Part shown: positions 18,001-26,141 of the stretch, in pieces | Layout: each line of letters opens with the position of its first letter | Position numbering within the stretch: position 1 is the stretch's first letter | NCBI GenBank assembly: GCA_963753055.1 | Contig: CAVWAP010000002.1 | Span: 257,411 to 321,410, forward strand | Length of the DNA stretch: 64,000 bases | Direction of reading: 5' to 3' | DNA from: an uncultured Bacteroidales bacterium | Lineage (GTDB): Bacteria > Bacteroidota > Bacteroidia > Bacteroidales > B18-G4 | Position numbers and translations under genes: made by a program | Notes under the pieces: model-generated | Databases searched by the model: none | Told to the model about the DNA's origin: nothing | The model's input: only the letters and a program-made list of their open reading frames with translations

Positions 18001-18642
18001 GATTCCAAAAGGATCAATTAAGGTTTTAACCGTTTCATTATCCACAGCCGTTAATCCACCCATCAATAAACCATATATTCCAAGAAAGGCTATGCCGGCA
18101 ATGTATGTCATTATCATACGGCGGCTTAAGGTCGCAAGTGCGAAAAATATACTGCCGATAAAAATCAGGTTAGGGATTAATATTAGAAATATAGGGACAA
18201 TAAACGCCTGCAATTGAAAAGGTCCGTAATATTTATCATCAATGCTAAGGCAACCGAAAATATAACCCAAAACCACACCTGCAAAAATTAAAATGTTTGC
18301 AATCAAAGCACCGCTAAACCTACCTCCGAGATATGCGAATTTCGACATCGGGGTTGTGAAGAAAAAATCGTGGATATTTGCCTCAAAATCTTTTGCAACA
18401 GCACGCCCTACTATTAACATGGTAAATAAAACGCTTATGATGCTGAAATTTGTAAATATTTTCGCAATATTTATTGCAGCATTGTTCCATTCTTTGCCAA
18501 ACCTCATTCCCATCATTATCGTGTTTGGATCAGTATTGGAAGACCACAGATAGGCAGCATAAAACATTATTGCCGTAAAAATATAAAAGGCAACGCTTTT
18601 CAGATTTTTCTTTAATTCGGCAGTAAATATTATTGTGAACAT
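15049..18642 (-). CDS. ABC-2 type permease fused to M1-like zinc metallopeptidase domain
   Basis: Two blocks of multiple TM helices in the N-terminal approx 590 aa. The C-terminal domain has HEMAHQWWG followed by LTETMA (gluzincin HEXXH...E). No GAMEN motif was seen by eye. Confidence 0.85.
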   Translation of the reverse strand: MFTIIFTAELKKNLKSVAFYIFTAIMFYAAYLWSSNTDPNTIMMGMRFGKEWNNAAINIAKIFTNFSIISVLFTMLIVGRAVAKDFEANIHDFFFTTPMSKFAYLGGRFSGALIANILIFAGVVLGYIFGCLSIDDKYYGPFQLQAFIVPIFLILIPNLIFIGSIFFALATLSRRMIMTYIAGIAFLGIYGLLMGGLTAVDNETVKTLIDPFGILAINLQAKFWTVADMNANQMPINVVFILNRIIWLIISFALLFYTWKKFKFVSQLETKKKKNKGISTQIVETRKNIIQRIPISNIDESFTFQLQKCFRLVFLEFKRIVFHPAFLILTFFAISEIIANFLGNVMSDRSMVYPLTSEFLKYTDHLWTYMIPLTIFFGGVLVWRERDNSSNEFYDTLPVPNWMSYLSKLFTLMGIQFLFITLGMIGGIITQLSLGFTDINLGLYIKHIYGIDMLNYWFMAIIVLLIQNLTPNKYLGFFISALYFVLDIVIFMVLKFDHLLLRYGKIPNFTYSNMNGFGFNAETILWYTFYWAFLGVILILISTLLWRRNNETILKFRFKIAKQNITRFQKVSLGILIVLFISSGSFIFYNKYILNSYMSEKTYKNIKAQYEIKYSKYKDVTQPDISNIDLKIDIFPDKREALIRGYYLLKNNSDKNIDEICTNLWGGRLVDNIKKFEFSAPAELIYEGEEAGFKVFKLNKPLKPGEEIKLLFDYEILTNGFTDDNHPKDLIVGNGTCLMLSGGESPFFPIIGYNNLFILLDENDRRKYGLGELSAFPSLENADRKVPFINLDNIKFNAVISTSSDQTIVSNGELINKWTENNRNYFHYHSDITMQNELIFASGRYEVAKDKYQDINIEIYYDEKHPYNVQRMIDGIKRSFDFNTKNYCDFPFNNIRIVEIPDYLTGGSARSQPSIFIWREGSGFTANFNDPDVVDMMFGVCVHEMAHQWWGYVVTPAFAEGGFMLTETMAQYVMAMCNEEKFGVKMSRKYLKDEMERYLRRRKTDYEGERAMFRSLPVQDYLNYPKSSVVMYALHDYIGLDSLSSALSRLVNKYGSTVNYPLSVDFVNEIKKSTPDSLLYLVTDLFEKITLYENEIESAQYEIVSNDKYKVKINVKAKKFYADSIGTQTEQALNDYIYVGVLNKDKEEIYYKKHKFTQNKTEIEIIVNEKPYYAGIDPFVVLIDRDRENNLKEVEEI

Positions 18643-18653
18643 AATTTTGTCTT

Positions 18654-19529
18654 TTATCTATTATTTCTGCTTAACCAATAGAAGTAAGCATCTTCGAGAG
18701 TTGGGGGAGATGATTCAAAATTGTTTTCGGGCTTTGTTTCGGAGAAAATTCTAATAAAAGTTTTACCTGCAAAAAGACGATTCGATAAAAGATCGTATTT
18801 TTTTTCATAAATTTCAATATCAGATTTAAGAATGTCTTTTTCCCAAATTTTACCTTTTAAGGAATTAATAGCATTAACAGGATTATCTTTAAATAGTATT
18901 TCACCATTATTAATAATAGCCATATTAGAACATAACTGGCTTACATCTGCAACAATATGGGTTGAGAGAATAATAATAATATCTTCGCTGATTTCGCTTA
19001 ACAGATTATGAAAACGATTTCTTTCTTCAGGATCGAGGCCTGCTGTAGGCTCATCAACAATTATTAATTTTGGATTTCCAAGCAAAGCATGAGCTATTCC
19101 AAAGCGTTGTTTCATCCCTCCCGAAAAAGTCTTAAGCTTTTGTTTTCGTTCATTCCAGAGATTTACACGCTTTAGCAACATCTCAACTTTTTCGTGGCGT
19201 TCTTTTTTGTTTCTAACACCTTTTAGCATTATAAAATGTTCGAGCAATTTGTATGCATTGTCTTTGGGATAAAATCCAAATTCCTGGGGTAAATAACCAA
19301 GAATTTTTTTGACCTCCCCTTTTTGGGTCAGGACATCAATATCACCTAATCTTATTTCGCCTGAATCGGCTTCCTGTAAAGTTGCTATTATTCGCATTAA
19401 TGTTGATTTCCCGGCACCATTAGGACCCAATAATCCATAAAGACCGGTAGGAATATTCAATGAAACATTTTTTAATGCAACGACTCCATTTGAGTAGGTT
19501 TTTGAGAGATTTGTAATTTCTATTTCCAT
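18654..19529 (-). CDS. ABC transporter ATP-binding protein
   Basis: Walker A GPNGAGKST, signature FSGGMKQR, Walker B LIIVDEPTAGLD. Lies 11 bp upstream of the permease fusion. Confidence 0.9.
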   Translation of the reverse strand: MEIEITNLSKTYSNGVVALKNVSLNIPTGLYGLLGPNGAGKSTLMRIIATLQEADSGEIRLGDIDVLTQKGEVKKILGYLPQEFGFYPKDNAYKLLEHFIMLKGVRNKKERHEKVEMLLKRVNLWNERKQKLKTFSGGMKQRFGIAHALLGNPKLIIVDEPTAGLDPEERNRFHNLLSEISEDIIIILSTHIVADVSQLCSNMAIINNGEILFKDNPVNAINSLKGKIWEKDILKSDIEIYEKKYDLLSNRLFAGKTFIRIFSETKPENNFESSPPTLEDAYFYWLSRNNR

Positions 19530-19667
19530 AGTTAAATAGTTATTTGATATTATATTTCTAAGACGAGGTTAAATATTGCGTAGTTACACTAATTTTATTA
19601 TCATTCGTATTTATTCCGAGCGTTTGGAAAAAAACCAGTATATGGCAAACCTCTTGACAAGCCCCGT

Positions 19668-19847
19668 AATCTACAATTTACATTTTACAATTTACATGGT
19701 CAGATTGTTGATAAAATACAAGAGAGTCAGGCAAAAGGGACGCAAAAAGTGGAATGGAATGCTGAAGGACTCCCTTCTGGAATGTATTATTACAGGATAC
19801 AGGCTGGGGAAAAGGTTGGAGGGGGGGAATTGGTGAAAATGGGATGA
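19668..19847 (+). pseudogene. orphan T9SS CTD relic
   Basis: Translates to NLQFTFYNLHGQIVDKIQESQAKGTQKVEWNAEGLPSGMYYYRIQAGEKVGGGELVKMG*. There is no N-terminal body. The track ORF 19576..19836 reads it out of frame. Confidence 0.65.
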
Positions 19848-20096
19848 GGAGGGTGTATGTTGGGAAAAATGTAAGGTAAATCAACTTTAACTATCGTATC
19901 TTAGTGGCCGAGTTAAATTGAAGACTTACACAATTGAATAAGAATTATCCGTTTCAATTGAAGGGGATAAAAGCAATTTTTAAAATTGATATTCGTTAAA
20001 AGCTTTTAAGTAGGCTTAATTTTTCGTATATTAATTCGCTATTTTTTAAAAATAAGTTCTTCAATCATAGTGAAATAAGGATAGAGAGAGGAGATT

Positions 20097-20963
20097 ATGA
20101 GGCAATTAATAATTACAAAATCAATCACCAACCGTGAAACAGCTTCCTTTGATAAATACCTGCAGGATATTGGAAAAGAAGAACTTATAACTGCAGAAGA
20201 AGAAGTAGAATTAGCCAGAAGGATCAAGCAAGGAGATCATAACTCACTGGAAAAACTCATTAAAGCAAATTTAAGGTTTGTCGTTTCAGTTGCCAAACAA
20301 TACCAGAATCAGGGCTTAAGTTTACCCGACCTGATAAACGAAGGAAATCTTGGTTTGATCAAAGCTGCAAAACGTTTCGATGAAACAAGGGGTTTTAAAT
20401 TTATTTCTTACGCAGTATGGTGGATTAGGCAGTCAATCATACAAGCAGCGGCAGAACAATCCAGAATTGTCAGATTACCCCTTAACCAGGTAGGGTCGTT
20501 AAATAAAATTAGAAAAGCAACATCAAAATTAGAGCAACAATACCAACGTCTTCCTACAACGTATGAAATTGCTGACCTGATGGACTTGCCAGAATATAAA
20601 GTGGATAAAGCAATGAAAATTTCCACAAAATATATTTCTGTTGATGCTCCTATCAATCCCGATAACGACACAAAATTTCTGGATATATATTTGAATGAGG
20701 ATTCTACAGCAACGGATTCCATCCTGATGAGGGAATCTCTTCACAGAGAAATTCAACGTTCTCTATCCACATTAACCGATAGAGAAAGGGATGTTATTAA
20801 TTTGTATTACGGTATTGGTTTGAATAATGGCCTTACACTCGAGGAGATTGGTGAAAAATTTGATTTGACCCGTGAAAGGGTTAGGCAAATTAAAGAAAAA
20901 GCAATTCGAAGATTAAAGCATACATCGAGAAGTAAGTTATTGAAAGCGTACCTTGGTGATTGA
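20097..20963 (+). CDS. rpoD: RNA polymerase primary sigma factor (Bacteroidota sigma-A type)
   Basis: 288 aa without region 1.1. Regions 2 ([20 protein letters not shown]) and 4.2 ([26 protein letters not shown]) are present. Confidence 0.9.
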   Translation: MRQLIITKSITNRETASFDKYLQDIGKEELITAEEEVELARRIKQGDHNSLEKLIKANLRFVVSVAKQYQNQGLSLPDLINEGNLGLIKAAKRFDETRGFKFISYAVWWIRQSIIQAAAEQSRIVRLPLNQVGSLNKIRKATSKLEQQYQRLPTTYEIADLMDLPEYKVDKAMKISTKYISVDAPINPDNDTKFLDIYLNEDSTATDSILMRESLHREIQRSLSTLTDRERDVINLYYGIGLNNGLTLEEIGEKFDLTRERVRQIKEKAIRRLKHTSRSKLLKAYLGD

Positions 20964-21098
20964 TGAATTCCTATCTGTGGTTCAAAATGAATTCCATCAT
21001 ACCATTTTCTCTCCAGTTTGGACTAAGATACCAAGTGCTTTTTAATGATAGGTGTGTTAGGTGCAAATTCCGGAGCCATTGTACACCGGTATTTCCAA

Positions 21099-21465
21099 CT
21101 GGCACAGAATTTGACTTTCATATTTCTTCATTTCTTTTGCTTGTCCAAAAGAAATGAAGCAAAGAAAAGGACAGCACGAATGCAGCCCTTTCTCCCCACG
21201 GTCAGACTTCCCACCGCACAGTCCCCGAAAGGGCCACACCATTCGTGCACTCCCCGCACCGGCTAGCACTGATTGATCTATGCTTCTCAGTTGGCAAAAT
21301 GTAGAGCCGGCTATAAATAGAAAAGCTAGTTACTTGTAACGGTCATCCTGATCCCGCGGAGCAAAGCGAGGCGGGAGAAGGACCTCAATCATTTTAGCAG
21401 TCAGCTAGCAGAAACAGACTGTCAGCTTTCCGAAAAGGGAGAGGGTAAGGCTATTAGCTATAACG
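21099..21465 (+). repeat. approx 370-nt GC-rich structured element, copy A
   Basis: About 98 percent identical to 43925-44291 and about 96 percent to 25476-25842. Contains a 13-bp hairpin (21127-21158) and the long-range stem GCACGAATG (21174-21182) / CATTCGTGC (21240-21248). Confidence 0.8.
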
Positions 21466-21606
21466 TTTAGTATAAGAATAGTAGCCGACTACTTGGCACT
21501 TCCCTGTCAAGTTACAAGAAAGTTGAAGCGGACTACAACCCTTGAATTTACTACAGTCCTGGCTATTATTTTTATACTTTGTTACCAGCCGTTTTTTTAT
21601 ATCGGA

Positions 21607-21990
21607 TTATTTTTCACATTCTTTCTTTAATAAGTCAAGCCAGTTTTGCATCCCATTTGCTAAACTTTTATTAAATGAATTTTTCAGGAGTTTTGCAAAA
21701 AAACCTTCCAGACTTTCCTCAACACTTACTTCTATATTTCCGTCTTTTTCGGTTATTATCCAGTTATGGATAGCGAACATTCCAAATGTTTTTCCTGTCC
21801 AACCAATTTTTTGAAAAGGTTCAACAGTATGCAGCGTGGAATGTATTTTTGCACCGCCTGATTTCCAATCAAATGTTGAGTTTGGTTTTAATTCACCATT
21901 CAATTTAGGTTTGCTAATATCTGTTTGCCAGTTATCCCAATTGTTGATGTTGGTTAAAACTGTCCATACTTTCTTCGCTACTTGCGGCAA
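21607..21990 (-). CDS. SRPBCC (START/polyketide cyclase-like) family protein, apparent 5' frameshift
   Basis: 127-aa ORF starting at a TTG. A 37-codon ORF from the ATG at 22042 (MKSINNNAPVMCSKTITIAAS..) in another frame looks like the true N-terminus. Confidence 0.65.
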   Translation of the reverse strand: MPQVAKKVWTVLTNINNWDNWQTDISKPKLNGELKPNSTFDWKSGGAKIHSTLHTVEPFQKIGWTGKTFGMFAIHNWIITEKDGNIEVSVEESLEGFFAKLLKNSFNKSLANGMQNWLDLLKKECEK

Positions 21991-22105
21991 TAGTTATTGT
22001 CTTGCTGCACATTACAGGTGCATTGTTGTTAATACTTTTCATTGTTAAACTATTTTGTGCAACGAACTTGCTAAAATTGTCAAGTTAATTGAGGTTAATT
22101 AAATT

Positions 22106-22462
22106 TTACTCTAAATTTATCAAAGTTAACAAAGTCCATGTTGCTCCAAGGGTGTCAATAAGTCCGAAAAGGATAATTTTAGGTTTAGCAATTTTGAAAA
22201 TTACCAATCCTGAAAATCCTATTAATCCAGCAATTCTTGCATAAATTGATGCCCAGTAAAAACTATAGACTTCATTTTGAGCTGAATTCAAATAAAAGTA
22301 TCCAAGAGAGAGAGCAATTATTCCGACAACCCTAATCCAATGATCTTTTGGTTTCTCATGCCCAAAAAGAATTAGAGTTTTGCCAGGTATAAAAAGCAGA
22401 AGTAAACCAATTAGTATAACATAAATTCCCCAAATAAAAATACTTAACGTAGGTGCGCCCAT
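22106..22462 (-). CDS. small integral membrane protein (hypothetical)
   Basis: 118 aa with four hydrophobic helices. No motif recognised. Confidence 0.5.
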   Translation of the reverse strand: MGAPTLSIFIWGIYVILIGLLLLFIPGKTLILFGHEKPKDHWIRVVGIIALSLGYFYLNSAQNEVYSFYWASIYARIAGLIGFSGLVIFKIAKPKIILFGLIDTLGATWTLLTLINLE

Positions 22463-22737
22463 ATGTAATTTATAAAATTCTTCATTAATGTTGATAAAAT
22501 TAAACTATTTCTCCTCTAATATCGTGAATACGAATAAGATTCTTTTGCATTTGCAAATGGCTGGTAACTTGTTTATATGTTAACCTTTTGTTACTTTACA
22601 CACCCATTAAGTGTGGATAAAAACACGTTTTCAGTAAATATACAAAGATTCTGTGCTGCAACTTCCACCAAGAAGAGGCTCCACAAACAAAGGAACAGAG
22701 AAATAGAGGAGTTTTGAAATGATATCTGATTCATGAT

Positions 22738-22797
22738 GCCTGTTCCGAGTACTTCGACTTTGCTCAGTATAAACTCCGCCGAGGAGTCTGATATCTG
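22738..22797 (+). repeat. REP-like module gcctgttccgagtacttcgactttgctcagtataaactccgccgaggagtctgatatctga, copy 1
   Basis: Near-identical copies lie at 27397-27457 (+) and 49248-49293 (reverse complement). Confidence 0.7.
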
Positions 22798-22861
22798 ATC
22801 ACTGGTCACTGATTTGTGACAATGGGTGTGTGGGGGTGTAAGGTGGGGGAGATTAATTAAC

Positions 22862-23731
22862 TCATTTAACACGTTTTGAGGTAATGCCTTCAACAACATT
22901 CTTCTCAATCTCGTAATTTACCGAAACCATCCAATCGTTAAAAGAAGGATCAATAATTTTGATGGCTTGAATTAATTCTTGTTTATAAGTCGATTCTATG
23001 GAAGCCCCTCTACCCGGCCAAATATGAAAAACTAACCGAAAGACCTCATTATCAGCGAATGTTTTAATGATTTTAGTTATGGGCTTTTTAGAAATAAGAA
23101 TATTCGGATACTTCTTAGGAACTATATTAAGCATCTCATTCACTTTTTCAATAATACTTTGTTTAAGTTTCGTATCTGTAGGTAAAATGATATCAAGTTG
23201 GCAATTAATATACTTTTTCGGGTAATTGATTACCACATTTATGTTTCTGTTAGGGATGTATACTTTTGCTCCATTTGCATTTTCGAAGACTATAAACCTC
23301 ATTCCAATTAATCTAATTATACCGGTCTGCCCATTAATTTCAACCATATCTCCAATGTCAATCTGGTTTGAAACGATGAGCGTAAATCCGGTAACCACGT
23401 CCTGTACAATACCCTGCGAACCAAAACCAACAGCAAGCCCTATAACAGATGCACTGGCAATATATGCTGTTAATGAAATACCTAATTCTTTAAGAGCATA
23501 CCCAATAGCAAGAAAATAAATAATAAATACCAACACACTGGTGAGCAAACTTGTAACCGATAGTACTTTTGGCGATGATTTTCCACTGGTTTTTGAGTGA
23601 AATAACTTACTTACCTTCTTAACAATTATCACCAGGAGGTGCGCTGCAATGGCTATTGCTAAAATAAACAGAACACGATTACCTATAGTTTGAAGCTGAG
23701 GTGCTATATTGTTGAACATCAATGTTATCAT
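22862..23731 (-). CDS. mechanosensitive ion channel (MscS family)
   Basis: Three TM helices, then the conserved SNQIDIGDMVEINGQTGIIRLIGMRFIVFENANGAKVYIPN beta-domain. Confidence 0.85.
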   Translation of the reverse strand: MITLMFNNIAPQLQTIGNRVLFILAIAIAAHLLVIIVKKVSKLFHSKTSGKSSPKVLSVTSLLTSVLVFIIYFLAIGYALKELGISLTAYIASASVIGLAVGFGSQGIVQDVVTGFTLIVSNQIDIGDMVEINGQTGIIRLIGMRFIVFENANGAKVYIPNRNINVVINYPKKYINCQLDIILPTDTKLKQSIIEKVNEMLNIVPKKYPNILISKKPITKIIKTFADNEVFRLVFHIWPGRGASIESTYKQELIQAIKIIDPSFNDWMVSVNYEIEKNVVEGITSKRVK

Positions 23732-23861
23732 ACTTTATTATTTAGTTTTCCACCTGGATTAATAATATGTAAATCACTTTAAAAAACCTGCAAAGTAGCT
23801 CTTGTATATTCCGCTGCCATTGATCACACCATTGTTATGCTGCGATTTTAATCTTCTTAAA

Positions 23862-25202
23862 TCATTCTTCTAACTGGATTTTATTATAAGCCTTAGCCAT
23901 GTCTCTCATATCATTACTAATAAATTCTTTTTCGAAAAACAAAAACTCACGTTTATTCAGATAGTATTTATCACGTTGATTTTTTTTCATCTCGTGGTAG
24001 AAGTTCGTAGCCTTTTTTTCACCTGAATCAAGCATTGTTTTGAAGATCGCATAAGCACCGGACTTTTTTGGTAAATCGTATTCTTCACCATACAATACCG
24101 CAAGTATCCGTGACATCATATAATCTGGCCATTTTATCACAATTTGCTTTTTGTACTCTTTCGTGTTTCGCAAAGCGACAATAAAGACAGTATCTTTCTC
24201 AATTCTTTGAGTATGGCTCCCAAACCCATTTATGCTACCATCTAAACTATTAGAGCGAATCTTTTTATAGCCTTTTCCATAAGGACATTTCTGATAATGC
24301 CAGCCATATTTATTAAAAAAGAGTTCTTTCGATTCTTCATTAAGAAGTTTATCTGTATAAAGAGCTTTATCAAATAAATACAAATCTTCAACGGTGGACA
24401 GCAGTTGGCCGGCTCCAAGACAAAAAGACATATCAAGAAATGAGGCTTCCTCGAGGCCTGAAAAATAATTATAGTTATAACCGATGGCCCTATTTTCGAT
24501 TGGTTGTGCAGTTATATCTTCTAAAGTATTTTTCATTCCAGCCGGCTGGCAAATTTTTTCCTGTAAAACTTCATCATATGATTTTCCGCTAACTCTTTCG
24601 ATGACCAGTCCCAACAAGGCATATCCAAAATTGCTGTACTCCCTGCCTTTTCCAGGTTCATACACAAGCTCTCTTTCGGCGATGCAGTTGAGCAATCGCT
24701 CTCGTGAATAATACTCCTTTTCAATATCTATCAAATTTGAAATTCTGGACTCCCCGGTAATTCCTGCAGTATGTGTTAAAAGTTGATGTATGGTAATATT
24801 CTCTCCTTTTTCTTTGGGAAATTCGGGTAAATACTGTGTTAGCTTTCCATCTAATTCCAATTTCTCCTCCTCCACTAGTTGAAGGATAAGCATGGCCGTG
24901 AATGGTTTTGTAAAGGAAGCAATCCTGAATTTTGTATCCACTGTATTTGGTATGCTGTCTTCAAGATTTGCATACCCCACAGCATTTTTATAGATAATAT
25001 CACCTTTTACCGAAATCAAAACAGCACCAGAAAACTGACCATTATCATCCATCTTATTTATTATTTGGGAAATTTCATCCTCCATGTTCTTAGAAGAAGA
25101 TAGGATAGGTTCAGAAAGGAAATATCTACGACCAATTAATACAATGGCAAATATTAAAACTGTAAGAATTATTAAGATCCAAAAGATATTTTTTCTTTTC
25201 AT
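23862..25202 (-). CDS. serine hydrolase, beta-lactamase (class C/PBP4*-like) family, membrane anchored
   Basis: N-terminal TM segment, SxxK motif (ASFTKPF), and a YSN motif (EYSNFGY). Confidence 0.85.
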   Translation of the reverse strand: MKRKNIFWILIILTVLIFAIVLIGRRYFLSEPILSSSKNMEDEISQIINKMDDNGQFSGAVLISVKGDIIYKNAVGYANLEDSIPNTVDTKFRIASFTKPFTAMLILQLVEEEKLELDGKLTQYLPEFPKEKGENITIHQLLTHTAGITGESRISNLIDIEKEYYSRERLLNCIAERELVYEPGKGREYSNFGYALLGLVIERVSGKSYDEVLQEKICQPAGMKNTLEDITAQPIENRAIGYNYNYFSGLEEASFLDMSFCLGAGQLLSTVEDLYLFDKALYTDKLLNEESKELFFNKYGWHYQKCPYGKGYKKIRSNSLDGSINGFGSHTQRIEKDTVFIVALRNTKEYKKQIVIKWPDYMMSRILAVLYGEEYDLPKKSGAYAIFKTMLDSGEKKATNFYHEMKKNQRDKYYLNKREFLFFEKEFISNDMRDMAKAYNKIQLEE

Positions 25203-25239
25203 AATTAATAGATAAATGAGTCATTTTTTATTGCAGCAT

Positions 25240-25362
25240 AAAGTTCCCGGCGCATGGGCCGGGGCGTGTTTTTGTTCCGGCTCAGCGGGATGATTTGTTA
25301 ATACATTAAAGTTAGTCAATTCTGTTATAAGATGTCCCGCTGAGGCGGGACAATTTTTGTTA
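25240..25362. mobile_element. approx 120-bp MITE-like unit (GC-rich-end variant)
   Basis: Starts AAAGTTCCCGGCGCATGGGCCGGGG and ends GTCCCGCTGAGGCGGGACAATTTTTGTTAT. The internal pairing ctcagcggga / tcccgctgag is present. A homologous unit lies at 43690-43808, and a related start at 8306. Confidence 0.45.
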
Positions 25363-25475
25363 TAAAGAAATGCTTTCATTCAAGCTCAACGGCGTTCTCG
25401 ACCTAAAACACCGCCCTGGCCTATAGCGCCGTGTTATATTACTGTAGCCTTAACCGATCCAATTCTGACCAGGTA

Positions 25476-25842
25476 CTGGCACAGAATTTGACATTCATAT
25501 TTCTTCATTTCTTTTGCGTGTCCAAAAGAAACAGAAGCAAAGAAAAGGACAGCACGAATGCAGCCCTTTCTTCCCACGGTCAGACTTTCCGCCACACGAG
25601 CCCCGAAAGGGCCACACCATTCGTGCACTCCCCGCACCGGCTAGCACTGATTGATCTATGCTTCTCAGTTGGCAAAATGTAGAGCCGGCTATAAATAGAA
25701 AAGCTAGTTACTTGTAACGGTCATCCTGATCCCGCGGAGCAAAGCGAGGCGGGAGAAGGACCTCAATCATTTTAGCAGTCAGCTAGCAGAAACAGACTGT
25801 CAGCTTTCCGAAAAGGGAGAGGGTAAGGCTATTGGATATAAC
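25476..25842 (+). repeat. approx 370-nt GC-rich structured element, copy B
   Basis: Collinear with copies A and C. Substitutions cluster in 25578-25600, inside the long-range stem. Confidence 0.8.
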
Positions 25843-26047
25843 TCGTTTATATGTGCTCCTTTGTTCTTGAGTTCCTCTGTTCAACATGTTGTCCCTTTTT
25901 TGATATCTGATTCATGATATCTGATATCTGATTTTCTGTTCAGTGATCAGTGTTCAGTGTTCACTGATTTGGCTTATGTGTGTAGTTCGAGTCCGGGAAG
26001 GGGGTGGTTTATAGATACTTTATTAATATTCGTCATCTGGATAGTCG

Positions 26048-26098
26048 GGAATCCTTCAAATGTTACATCTGTTATAGCATTTGTTACATATCTGATAG
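26048..26098 (+). promoter_or_regulatory. conserved 51-nt upstream module with TGTTAYA repeats, copy 2
   Basis: 50/51 identical to 12914-12964. Lies 44 nt upstream of the 26142 ATG. Confidence 0.4.
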
Positions 26099-26141
26099 TA
26101 GTAATCTTTAAAGCTGTTTAACTTTAGAAAAAAACACTACT

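Noticed and set aside
19576-19884. Track ORFs 19576..19836 (+) and 19678..19884 (-).
   Set aside because: They are out-of-frame or antisense readings of the T9SS CTD relic. The in-frame reading (19668-19847) gives a clean CTD sequence without an N-terminal body.
21099-21116. ctGGCACagaatTTGAc at the 5' edge of each 370-nt element (also 25476 and 43925) resembles a sigma-54 -24/-12 promoter (TGGCAC-N5-TTGC).
   Set aside because: The -12 element is TTGA, so the conserved GC is lacking. In copies B and C the motif is the 3' arm of an inverted repeat (AATTCTGaCCAGg..CTGGcaCAGAATT). The divergent copy at 8516 has tgatcac instead of tggcac. It is kept only as a remote possibility.
21045-21269. Small ORFs on both strands inside the repeated elements: 21045..21266, 21057..21269, 25431..25682, 25434..25637, 43899..44096, 8516..8701, 8520..8762, 43606..43803 and 43675..43896.
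   Set aside because: Frames, starts and stops are not conserved between near-identical copies because indels shift the frame. Composition is GC-hairpin driven. They are treated as non-coding repeat sequence.
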